A DNA stretch of 62,797 bases, filler included, from Sphaeroforma arctica JP610 (lineage: Eukaryota): NCBI RefSeq assembly GCF_001186125.1. It is 4 parts of 3 records of this genome, joined end to end, with 100 filler letters (N's around TTAATTAATTAA, not from the genome) between each part and the next. Parts side by side here need not be neighbours in the genome. Positions count along the whole stretch, not along the records: positions 1 to 24,502 come from NW_014040526.1; 3 more parts are not named here. One strand, written 5' to 3'. Below the pieces are notes generated by a model that was given only the letters and a program-made list of their open reading frames with translations, was not told the origin of the DNA and did no database searches. This document shows positions 1 to 12,479 of this stretch, piece after piece. A program made the translations under genes and the position numbers. How positions within the stretch are numbered: the first letter of the stretch is position 1; each line of letters starts with the position of its first letter.

Positions 1-818
1 GTTCCATCTGAAGAAAAGTTAAAAAAAGAAGCACTTATTGGATTTTGGAGATTGGCGGGAGGACTAAAATCTATAAGTAGTAGTTCAGAGATTATAAATT
101 TAGTTTATAATATCCTACATCTACTAATGTCTCAAATAGGTCCAAGTAGATGAGTCATACCAAATACTCAGGCTATTGGAGCCATCAAAGTGAATTTCCA
201 ACACTTTGGAAATATTGGAAAAGAGCTTGTATTAAATTTTTTAAAATACAAATAAAAACCAATGTATGATCTCAATTGATCTTGATATTTTAGACTGACC
301 GGATGCCGTATTTCTACAGGCTCCATAATAGGTTTATTCTGAGATTTGCCTTAGTCCCCTATAATTGGGGACGCTCTCATAATTGGGGACTTTCCTTTCT
401 GATTTTCGTCAGAAGATAGGGTTGGGTCGTCTTGAGACGTATCCCTTGTCTCACTTCTTAGCTTCGTTAACGCAAGCTTTGAAGTTGAGGCAATGGTTGG
501 CCCTCAGGCTTTGTCAGATAAAGTAGTCTCCTTAAGCGGAGTGGGTACATCATTATCTGAAGCATTGTCCTTTTGACTATAATTATCAGAGGCAAGTACT
601 TTGGCTACAGTGCGTTTAAATGCATCAGCAGCGGCGTCGGTTGCTTGTGCAGCAGTAATAGCTGCGGCAGCGCTAGTGGCTTCTCTCTCCATCTTCTTCT
701 TTTCAGCTCTACGCTTCGTAGAAGGAGTGTTGTCTTTCTTGGTCATAATCTTAATTTATGACTACTAGCTTGTCTCTTAACGACTAGCTTAGACAAGAGA
801 AAAAAAATGTTGTGGTAG

Positions 819-1090
819 TTAACTTACCTTTACGCTTAAGGAGTCTACGTAATTAATTCCCAGGTCCTTCGCTTTCTTCTTCGACAGAAAACCTTGGTAC
901 TCGAGGCGCACTGCATTAGTCGTTTTCTTACACTCTACTAGGTGTTTCCGTTTATGTAACGCACTAGTACCCTTCACCATTCTCTTCTCACAAGAATTAC
1001 ACTCCCATTTACTATTATAGAATGTGAAGTGAACATTGGATTGACACTGTGGTCTACCGTCTTGCCCTAGATATTGAAGTTGAATGTTCA
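819..1090 (-). mobile_element. Degraded BED-zinc-finger-like ORF, possible DNA transposon remnant
   Basis: WECNSCEKRMVKGTSALHKRKHLVEC resembles the BED finger pattern CxxC...GTS.L..HL..C. Downstream (1-750, minus strand) is a stop-riddled reading frame. Confidence 0.35.
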
Positions 1091-2278
1091 TTACGCAACG
1101 TTCATAGAGACATATTGAAGTGGAATGTTCATTACACAACGTTCATACATGCATATTTCTTTATCTATTTGTCCTAAAAGATGTATTCACGTTCAAAAGA
1201 AAATGGGTTATACATAGTAGTTATGTAAATATTAATAAATACAAATGTAAGTTTATATCAAACAAACATATAATTGGTACTTCCTGCCCGCCAGAATTAA
1301 GGGCTGGCTACCGCTTCATTGTTTCTGAGGCGTTAGCGAACTTGGCGGTTATTAATTATTTAGTCCGGGCGCCTGCCAAGCCGGTATAATATAATATTAA
1401 TTTAGTAGTGTGTCACGGTCAACACTCATCAACTGTCAAGAATTCAAGATGTTACAACTGAAGGCGTGGCCGTGAACGCCTGAACGCTGTGAACGACGAT
1501 CACTGAACCGTGAACCGAACGCCTGAAAGCCAACGGTGAACCGCGTTGCAGCCGTTTCTATCTACAGTTTAGTTGGCTTATATTTAAAAGTGTAAGATAT
1601 AGCAAATTTTATTGGTGGAATATTAATATTTGTCATTTATCTATTCTGATTGGCTTGTACAGATTTCATTTTTTCGTATGTCAGAAATAGTTTCCGACAT
1701 TGTCGGAAACTAATATGGTTAAAAAAAATGTCGGACACGTCGGAAACCTTTCAGACCATGTCGAAAACCAAGCCAGGTCATGGGACATGGGGCCACGGGC
1801 ACGGGGCCACGGACCCACGGGACTCAAATGAATAAATACAAACATAAAATATATATATAGTACGTGACGTAGAGTTATACACACACAAGATATTTACATA
1901 TATCTCTTCTCTTTTTTTAATTTTTATAAGAACAAAAAAATATTTTGTGTGTACATACCATAGCCTACTTTTACTAAAAATATGTATAAAAAAGACTAGC
2001 GAGTTGTGTGATTAATTATTTATGTATTTTTAAATACTGTATACAAACAAAAATACTATATATGGAATTTCGGGTTGGATGTTCGGCGACTCACCTCAGC
2101 TCACCTCTGCCCCCGAGGGCCGATGAGTCCTTTGTGTGTTTTTTATTAAAAATATAAAAAAATTAAAACTCTAGGTAGAATAAAAATACAAATAGGATTG
2201 TAAGCAAACGAGTATGTTCATTATATCGTCGTTCTTATCATAAGTTTTATCTATTTTACATCAAACTCTTTTCTCATC

Positions 2279-4291
2279 ATGACCTCATCTCTGGACAGTC
2301 TAAAGAAGTTGACCACTGTAGTGGCTGACACCGGTGACTTCGAAGCGATCGCCGCTTACACACCTCAAGACGCAACAACAAACCCGTCGCTACTGGCCGC
2401 TGCTGCCAAGATCGAGAAGTATAGTGCACTTGTCGAAGACGCCTGTCAGTATGGTAAGTTCGTATACAGCTGTATCGCTCTATCTTACTATGATCGTACA
2501 CGGAATTCTATCAATTGCTTTGCCAGTAGGAAGTATCTTATTTCAGTCTGCTGATATTATTTTTTCTCGAAATTTCCGTTGTGTTTTGTAGGCAAGAAGA
2601 ACGGCGAGACCATCGAGCAACAGGTTGAGTCTGCTATGGATAAGCTTTCTGTGAACTTCGGATGTGAAATTTTGAAGATTGTCCCTGGTCGCGTGTCAAC
2701 AGAAGTAGATGCAAGGTAAATCACTCGACATTTTGAGCGTTAGTCAGCAGCATATAATTGGCCAATACACAGTTCTATACCTAGACGGTGAAGGGTTCAG
2801 TTCGGGTAATTGCTGTTCGTTTGTTTGTTACGTGCACTATATCACTGCGGTCATGACTGAGGTATACTGAACTGTTTATGTTTCTTCTCTTCTCTTTTCT
2901 TTTCTTTTCTTTTCTTTTCAGACTCTCTTTTGATACCGAGGGCAGCATAGCAAAAGCTCACACCTTAATGGCGCTATACAAGGAAAAGGGCTACGGCCCC
3001 GACCGTATCTTAATTAAGCTTGCATCTACTTGGGAGGGAATCCAAGCGGCCAAGGCTCTGGAGGCTGAGGGAATCCATTGCAACATGACATTAATTTTCA
3101 ACTTTGCCCAGGTATGTGCGACAGTTGTTGGATATTTGTGTCTGCTACACGTTCGTATAGGAACTACCGAATCTCAAGTGTTTCTAGTTTGCGGACACGC
3201 TTAGTCAAGGAAACCTAGTGACCAACACACGAACACGATCTAAAAGAGATGCCACAGAGCGATAATTTCATATATTTTTTCTGTCGTGATGGCGACTATC
3301 AATTAATTACATCACCTTCATGTACGATAGGGGCTATGTTCCGTTTCGCTTAATTATGTCATTACAACATGCATATATTCCTCTTACCTTGGATCCTTCC
3401 ATATACGAAATTTACCAGGCTGTCTGCTGTGCTGAGGTGAACGCAACTCTTATCTCACCGTTCGTAGGACGTATCTTCGATTTCTACAAGAAAAGGGTAT
3501 GTACAGTTTTCACTTAGCCCTCCACATGCTGGGGAAGGTCTTATCTGAGTGGATTGCTTTTGCATGTGCATGTCATAAGCAATTTTTTGGCAGTATATGT
3601 CTGGTTTTTTAATTAGTGCGGGAGCAATAGGTCTTTTCACTCGTGAATGTACTTTTGCTGCATTTGGGAGCACGTCCGACTTGGATATTCATTGTGGCTA
3701 ATTTGGTTAGAGTAGTTCAGTAAAGTCGTTCTCGGTTTTAATCATCATAAACTTGAAACTTGAATTGTCGCCTGCGCAGGATAATGTCGAGAGCTACGCA
3801 CGATTGGAGGACCCAGGAGTTGTCTCAGTAACGAAAATTTACAATTATTACAAGAAGCACGGTCACAACACAATTGTGATGGGTGCATCTTTCAGAAACA
3901 CAGAGGAGATCATGGGATTAGCCGGTGTGGACTACCTTACCATCAGCCCAGGGCTTTTACAGAAGCTGCGCGATTCTGAGGTATGCAAAGAATTTTTTTT
4001 CGCGAATCAGACCCTCGTTGAGTGACATCAAATTTACTTCTTTGGAATAACCGGCTCATTTCTCTGCTCTCGTAATTTTGCCTATTTCAGGACGAGGTTC
4101 CCGAAGTGCTTTCTGTAGAGAAGGCGCAAGAGTTAAATATCCCCAAGGTGTCTTTCAACGAGGCGCAATTCCGATACGCTTTCAACGAAGATGCCATGGC
4201 CACTGAGAAGCTGGCTGAGGGTATCAGAGGCTTTGCAAAGGACACTCTTGCTCTGGAGAAGGTTCTCACTGGAAAGATTGAGGCTCTTTAA
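2279..4291 (+). CDS. TALDO1: Transaldolase, 6 exons: 2279-2453, 2592-2715, 2922-3111, 3419-3496, 3780-3980, 4091-4291
   Basis: Signature motifs [81 protein letters not shown]. All five introns are GT-AG and splice in frame to TAA at 4289-4291. Confidence 0.97.
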
Positions 4292-5718
4292 GTACGCACT
4301 GCGTGAGTTGGGTCACTATCGATGATAATAAATTTACTATAGATACTGTCCCTTTATGGTATACTTCTTAGTTCGTGGTTCACGGGGCCATGCGATTTGT
4401 TGCTTGAGGGGCTGTGTCTTCATGATTTAAGGGTGTTGACTCGACGGCGTATGTTATAGAATTCAGTCAGATTCTTAGTAGCTATGCTCAAGTTCATGTC
4501 TGGCATCTGCAAGTGTACTGGTGTCAAAATGATCGGGGACTCAGTTAGTGTATTGCATGCAGAAGAATGTGTCGAGTCTTAAGTAGGTAGCTTCGCCTTT
4601 GTAATATATCCACTTCACAATTTTGAGATAGAACAAGAATTTCCGCAAAGACGATCCGCCTGCTTGAGATTGGCATATACACCATGGGATATCCAGGTTT
4701 TCAGGGTATAGGCGACAAACCTTGGAATTGCTACATACTGATGCTTCTTGTACACGCTGTGCCATGCTTAATCCCTCGATGCTTATCGGACACTGCATAA
4801 TGTGCCCTCTTATTGGCATAATCAATCCCTCACTATCTTACCTTGTTTTTCAAATGGCACTACCGACCGCTACTTGTACACGTTGTGCCATGCTTAATCC
4901 TTCAGTGTCATACATTAGGGTGTGCCGACTACTACGACCATCTAAAATTTTGAACTTCTTCCACAACCTACGATTGACCATGATCTTGGAGCATCGAATT
5001 GCATGCAACAACCAACCATGCGCATAACCATGCACTTTTACTCGCATGTGTATAAACAGTTGTCAATATACATAGTTTGTGTATATTTGTGAGACGAAAA
5101 TAGCTATGCAAATTGTGTCCGAACTCCCACTTACCCGTGCACATGTAAGCAGCACTTCTGATTGGCTGGGGTCGATCCAAACACCCGGGTCACGGGAACC
5201 TGCAACAGTGTCGCCGGAGAAGGGTGTGGAAAAAAATTGATGGTTCTTTGTCATGAGACGTTTAGCTCACAACCACGTGCTAGTGAATGGACACCATATT
5301 CTACTCTAAGGTGAAAAAGTCGTCGGCTTTGAGTAGTCTCGATCTACTGGGGCGAAAAAGCCCTCCAGATCAATACAGGAGATGTTTACCACTATTCTCA
5401 TCCTGTAGCGAGCCATCAATCCTCGCTCAGATTGATACGTTCGCACTCAGTCTGAGTTGTTTCTGACCGTCAAGGTAAACATGTACATCGCACTCGTGAA
5501 ATTGATGTGATGGATACACCAGCAATAAAGGGACTATTATACGACCGCTCAGTATAACGAGTACAGCATTGTATTGTATGTTCCATAATTTGAGAGTTCC
5601 GAGATGATAGAATTGCTTAGATTAGAGAATCAAACCGTTTTGAACGACGAAAGAATAGATTCGACATGCATAGACTGTGCCTTGTAAGCTGTTCAACTAT
5701 ATCTACAAAATCTACCCC

Positions 5719-5756
<38 letters not shown>

Positions 5757-6642
5757 ACATACACGTACACGCACGTCATACCACGGCGTGCACACTGATC
5801 TTGGCTATAGCATATATATCTGGTGAGCGCTTGTATTCATCTATACTACATATCGTATGACGCAGGACTCTGCTATTATTGCCCACCAGCGCCACACTTG
5901 AATCACAACACATATTTTACAGTAGAATACATATCTTGTGTGCACGATTTTGTACAAGTTCATATGATATACAACAGGTATTTGATGCGGTTAGCGTGTT
6001 TACCCCAACAATTTCACTGCGTGTGCACACAGTAAACAACTCAGCAAAGCCGCGTTCTAAAAACTCTATATCCCACAAATCGAGTTTGCACACGATAGGT
6101 GGTACGTCACATGCGACAGGCAGATAAACACACCGCATTGTACTTTAGTTGAGAGCCAGGTTTATTCCGTACATCTACACTATATCTAGGATTTTGAGTT
6201 AGCACAGATTGGTGGTACATCACACGCGAGAGACTGGCAAACACACCTCACTGTAGTTCGACTGAGAGCCAGGTTCGAGCAAACAGTCGTCCAGGCCTTC
6301 CACGGGGGCGGTGAGATAGTTGTCAAGTTTTAGTATACTGATGCCAAACTTCGGTTTAGGTATCTGTGTGGATTGGGTCTGTGTCTGTGTGAACGCATGC
6401 GCTTGGAGACCAAGCTGTGGCTGTGTAGAGTAGTGCACCCTGATCCTGTTGGTTGCATCACACATGCTATGCACGTACGTGCTGCATATAGTGCTCAATT
6501 ATAAATCCGAGACACAATAGTTACTAATACTAACGTGTAGGAACATGATGTGTGCCTTTGGGTTGTTGGTCGAATAAACTGTTGTAGTTAACACCGTGTG
6601 CAACAATGTCTTACATACGTGTATTTAGAACAATATTACTAC

Positions 6643-6887
6643 ATGCGTGCATATAGCCTCCTACTGTAATTATTTTAGGAGGCTATGGTGTATGCGTGCA
6701 TATAGCCTCTTACTGTAATTATTTTAGGAGGCTATGGTGTATGCGTGCATATAGCCTCCTACTGTAATTATTTTAGGAGGCTATGGTGTATGCGTGCATG
6801 TAGCCGCCTACTGTAATTATTTTAGGAGGCTATGGTGTATGCTTGCATGTAGCCGCCTACTGTAATTATTTTAGGAGGCTATGGTGT
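6643..6887. repeat. Minisatellite, 5 x 49 bp, each unit containing an inverted repeat
   Basis: Unit atgcgtgcatATAGCCTCCTActgtaattatttTAGGAGGCTATggtgt starts at 6643, 6692, 6741, 6790 and 6839. Confidence 0.95.
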
Positions 6888-7126
6888 ATACAACCGACTC
6901 AACCCTAAAACCTAAATATGTCGTTCTTTTTTTTTGTCTACAAAAATAAACTCCGCGATAATCGCTGAGATCAATTGATGATATGTAGGTCCACCATAAA
7001 TCATTATTATTGAAACACGCAACAGGTGTGCTAGCATTACATACGCAGTATGCATGCGTTCTGTATGTGCGTATGTGATGCACGGGTGGTTTCAGATGTA
7101 CAGTACCATAGTGATATCAGATAGAC

Positions 7127-9887
7127 ATGGAGGGAAATCCGCCCCCCGGCAGGGCTGATAATAACGACTCACCAGTTTCGACTGTTGTCCCCAATCTAGC
7201 GATGAGTCTATTCCAGCTGACAGTAAAACCGATGCTGCACATCCCACTATTGAGGGGCTCTCTGCAGAAGGGTCGTCGAGCAGGAGGCAATTGTATAGAA
7301 GACGGTCGTGCATACTCCCTATTAAACTCAGTGATGGCGGTACTGTGCGTGAATGCCACAAGCCAGCGCAGTTGGATTTTGAAACCCATCTCCCCCACAG
7401 ACCCAATAGCATATGCAATGGTACCGCAGCAATCCCTAAGAAGGAAAGTCAAGAAGACGTATTCTCACAGGTGCGGGTTGTTGGGGGCACAAAACTCTTG
7501 AGGCGAGTGAGCTTTGCAGACATTAGCCATAGTGCTGATACCGATGCCACTACCCAGGCTATACTGAAAGGTGTGTTCTCGAGATTTTCTTCTATGCAAT
7601 CAACCTTGCAAGCTAGTAGCCCTGTTATAGCGCTGTCAGCACCATCGTAGGATGATATCTCGGGCCCCCAACCAGTATCCTTCGAAGTGGGGCATCAGCA
7701 CTCCCGGGTATCCTCGCAAGTACGCCGGACAAAAGATGCTAGCACCTTCCCGCACACCGACTCATCAATCGACTTGACCGCCCCGCAGAAATTAGTAATG
7801 AGAACGTACCAACGGACAATCACACTCACACTCACATCCATTCTCGAGCCCAATTATTCGAGAGATATTGCGCGAGACACAGCAATCGTTTCCGTTGGCC
7901 GTCACGTTCGCCACAGAACCCAGCACCCGCCAGTCGTCCACCCGGTCAGACCTTGCAATACCCAAGTCATTAAAAAAACCCTAAACCCTAAAACAGCAGT
8001 GCACAACATCCTCTGGAAACACGATATAAGCCCATTGCCAGACCAACATCCACGTCTGCTATACCTACCACAGCCTCTTCGCCAAGTCGCTCGCGCCCTA
8101 TATCCACCGAGCATGTTACCGATGACAAGACTAAGCATGCGGGCGGTACTGGGCCCTATCAGCGTAGGTCTGTGGTTGATGGTCAAATGTCTCCCAGTTC
8201 ATTTACCCGCCCCATAGCGGTTCCAATTTCTTTGGTGTTTTTTGGGCGTGAAGCAGCAAAGCAGCCAAGCATAGATCCCCCAGTCAGGTAAGTGCAAGTG
8301 TGATGCACAGTTGATACAGCTACTGATCTCACAAGATGCACGGTACAACCTTACTAGTTCTCGATACTCCTTTATTTCCACAATTGACATTGGTAAAATC
8401 GCTAGAATCTGCAGACAAACTAAGTATTCCTTGGTTCGTTTTCACTGCGAGCCTACACTCATACGTCCCATATGGTACACCACAGACCGAGTCACCCAAA
8501 GTGGGTTTCTTCAGACGGCTGACTTCCTCTCGATTCCACAAAACGCCCCAAGGCAGCCCCTCAGATGGGGCTACGCGTAGTTCGCTCATCTCACCCGGTT
8601 CACTTGGAACAGACTCGCCACGGTATATCCAAGTCTATATTACCCAATCGAAGATATTGTTTAATAAATGTCTAGTCTAATTTCTTTCTATATCAGGTTC
8701 CACAGGCTCCATTGACAATGCTATTTCGTAAAGTGGGATGAGTTCGACCATGGACCTTCAATCCTGTACACGTATATATGCGTTTCAATGTGCTTGTAGC
8801 CGAGGCCATTTTCTCTGACAGTGTTGATGGCCGTTTAGCTTTCATAGACGGCGAAAACGACGTTCTCGCGGGTGTTAAACACGTACGGCAATTCTTTCCA
8901 CGAGAAACTCAATCTCTACATAGAACTGTAATCCTATCGATTCAATTCTACTTTAGTGTCATAGTACAATATCAGTACGACAAAGCTGCAAAAAGTGCAG
9001 ATCTCTGGCATCTTGCTCCATACGCGGTACACTTGTCGTGTGTAGTACCAGTGTATACTCTGCTGCCCGCGGATGATGGAGACTGCGTGTTTAAGACCAT
9101 TGCACCTTATATTGTCCCTCGTAGTCATGTATTAATTGGTTTCTTTCATACGTGCACCGGTGCATGATACACGTGCTTGTTCCCGAACCTATATGTCACC
9201 GGATATGGCAGGAGGGATGGGAAATGTTGAATATTTAATAGTCTATCTTTGTATTCTTTTGATCGTCTATTTTTCTTTTTCTTTTTTTCGTATACGTACT
9301 GGCGCGCAGAACTCTTGTCACTCCTCGCACTGGTACACTACCTGACACAGCACAAGCTATGGGAGGCTTTGAGTACCCTGGAAGTTTCGATGCAACAGAC
9401 AGTAATTCACCACAAGATCTGAATTTACCAGCACAGCGAAGGTATGTCAGAGATTGGCGAAGGTGTGTTTTTTTAATCAAAGGTTATAGAGTTTCTATTT
9501 TTCTTCTTCTTTATGATTTTTGTCTGTTGTACCGCAATACAAGTTGTAAACCCAGTATGTGTGCACCCTTCTTTGCTTTGTGTCGTACTCGTTACGTTTT
9601 AAATGTGGGTAGTATATGTACAAAGTAGCTTATGTGCAGCGAGGTTTAGTCCTCGTTCCGTAGATCTGGTGAGTCCTGATTCTAGAACCTCGAACTCATC
9701 GTCCCCGAGGAGAGGGACGACTCGATCACCTAGGAATGTGTTGGCCACAGTATCGTATGCTGTGGGTGACGCAATGTTCGAGCCGATAGTCAATCCAACA
9801 AACAATGCGCGGAAGGCGTATATCCCGAAGCAGAATGATATGTCGGAGAACATGTACCAGGATATCGCTCTGGATGCGTCGTTTCAG
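7127..9887 (+). pseudogene. Fragmented Ser/Pro-rich gene of unknown function (frameshifted or mis-assembled)
   Basis: Overlapping ORFs 7127-7650 and 8336-8680, plus exon-like blocks ending in GT donors at 9441 and 9887. An RRVSFAD (RVxF-like) motif lies near 7500. The frames do not join cleanly. Confidence 0.3.
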
Positions 9888-12241
9888 GTATGTGTTGCCG
9901 GGCCGAGGGCGTTCGTGATTGACCTGACAAATCTCGTGATGTAGCATGCGACTCCGAATTTGACCTGTTCGTTGTCCTATAGTTCTCAACATCAGGTGCA
10001 AGCATTTTGTTGTGAGTGTATTTCAATCTGCTCTGTTTATCGCATTGACTCCGATTCAAATGCAAGGTTTCAATGAGGATGCCGATTAGGTTCCTATTTA
10101 TCGTTGATTTGTACCTTTATCTAGCCCATTTGGAGCGTTATTGAGAAGACAGTGTATTGTCATTTCAGCTATGACTATTGCCGCCAGCAAAATAATAATT
10201 TTCTTTCACATGAAGTAGACTTTTGTTTATTACACGTGTCTGCAATTGGCTTGGCCATATTGGACTCATAATTGAACGATGCGAAAACAAAAATATGATA
10301 CTATCACAGCCTTAACTCTTCTACGAAGATTCGATTTCGAGGTCATCACCTCGATAATATGATCATATCAAAATACAACATGATATATCGTACATTGCTG
10401 ACTCTCGCATTTCCTCAAACACGCACCAGGTTTATCGAGTGATGATAGTAAGGAACAAAGCGAAGAACGAGGAGTTGCAGTTGAAGTATGCGATCAAATC
10501 AAGTTACTTGTGTATACTGAAACTGACTGTATCTGGCGTGGCGTTAGTGCCGGTAAAGGCCCGCTTGACCGGTGCTGGAATCCCTATATATAAATACAAG
10601 AACTCAAAGCGATCAATCTAAAGGGTATGTTAGATGGATGAGTACATGCGCTCCTATGAATTTATGCATCCAATATACTATGTACGAGACACTTGATCAG
10701 GCACACATTCTTTACATCATCCATATAGCAACATGTCCATGGCAGTGAACAAATTTTGATAATGTTATTTTACAAGGTACGCGGTTAAGCAGCTTACCTC
10801 CGCGTCGTCGACGTATCAGTATTCGCGTTGCTCTAAGTTGACTGCTATTTCATATAATCCGCAGGTTATATGGCTATACACCCGTCACTTTCTGTCGTCA
10901 ATGCCGAGTACGCGCGTTGTTCTGATTTTATTAGTATGTTATAAAAATCACATAACACACGCACAAATATCCGACTATTCATTATCGACATGTACGCAAT
11001 GCTCGCATTGCTATTTATTTATTTATCTAATGAGAATCTACGTGTGAGGCGTTTGAGCACCGTGCACGGGGCGTGTTAGTATTTTGTAAACTGAAAAGAA
11101 GACATGCTTACATCGAATTTGTTTTATGATTGCAAATTCAGATCCTAAGAATGAAAAGAATTTCAAAATAGTGGCATTTGAACTTAGTAAGGTGGGGCCA
11201 CAGATGTCCTCGCAGTGGCTTCGCATGAGTGTTCGGAAATAATTCCAGGCTTAAGGTAATTTTTATAGTCATGCTTTCAATCATGTCACTACTCTCGAAC
11301 TGCTTTAAAGAACTTTGAGTATTGAAACAGTCTTGAGTGTTTTTGCTTTGCCAGCACCATATGCAACTGCTTTGTACCTTCGCCGAGCGAATTTGTCATT
11401 CGCGTTTTCGAACCCACTATTTGTGTGCTTGACTATAATACTATTCTTAAGTTAGCTATATANNNNNNNNNNNNNNNNNNNNNNNNNNNNNNNNNNNNNN
11501 NNNNNNNNNNNNNNNNNNNNNNNNNNNNNNNNNNNNNNNNNNNNNNNNNNNNNNNNNNNNNNNNNNNNNNNNNNNNNNNNNNNNNNNNNNNNNNNNNNNN
11601 NNNNNNNNNNNNNNNNNNNNNNNNNNNNNNNNNNNNNNNNNNNNNNNNNNNNNNNNNNNNNNNNNNNNNNNNNNNNNNNNNNNNNNNNNNNNNNNNNNNN
11701 NNNNNNNNNNNNNNNNNNNNNNNNNNNNNNNNNNNNNNNNNNNNNNNNNNNNNNNNNNNNNNNNNNNNNNNNNNNNNNNNNNNNNNNNNNNNNNNNNNNN
11801 NNNNNNNNNNNNNNNNNNNNNNNNNNNNNNNNNNNNNNNNNNNNNNNNNNNNNNNNNNNNNNNNNNNNNNNNNNNNNNNNNNNNNNNNNNNNNNNNNNNN
11901 NNNNNNNNNNNNNNNNNNNNNNNNNNNNNNNNNNNNNNNNNNNNNNNNNNNNNNNNNNNNNNNNNNNNNNNNNNNNNNNNNNNNNNNNNNNNNNNNNNNN
12001 NNNNNNNNNNNNNNNNNNNNNNNNNNNNNNNNNNNNNNNNNNNNNNNNNNNNNNNNNNNNNNNNNNNNNNNNNNNNNNNNNNNNNNNNNNNNNNNNNNNN
12101 NNNNNNNNNNNNNNNNNNNNNNNNNNNNNNNNNNNNNNNNNNNNNNNNNNNNNNNNNNNNNNNNNNNNNNNNNNNNNNNNNNNNNNNNNNNNNNNNNNNN
12201 NNNNNNNNNNNNNNNNNNNNNNNNNNNNNNNNNNNNNNNNN

Positions 12242-12475
12242 GTGTGTGTGTGTAGATGTGTATATATGTGTATATGTGTCTAGATGTGTATTTGTATGTG
12301 TGTAGACGTGTATATGTATATGCTTAATTATATGTGTACTTGTGTATATGTATGTGTGTATATGTATTCGTGTATATATGTGTATGCATGTAGTTGTGTG
12401 TATACGTAGATGTGTATGTGTATATGTGTACGTGATTATTTGTTTAGATGTGTGCATGCATATTAGTGTGTATAG
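12242..12475. repeat. Degenerate (TG/TA)n microsatellite next to an assembly gap
   Basis: Alternating tgtgta/tatatg sequence. Confidence 0.9.
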
Positions 12476-12479
12476 GTAA

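Noticed and set aside
6643..6887. CRISPR-like array of palindromic repeats
   Set aside because: Units are contiguous with no unique spacers, there are no cas genes, and the context is eukaryotic.
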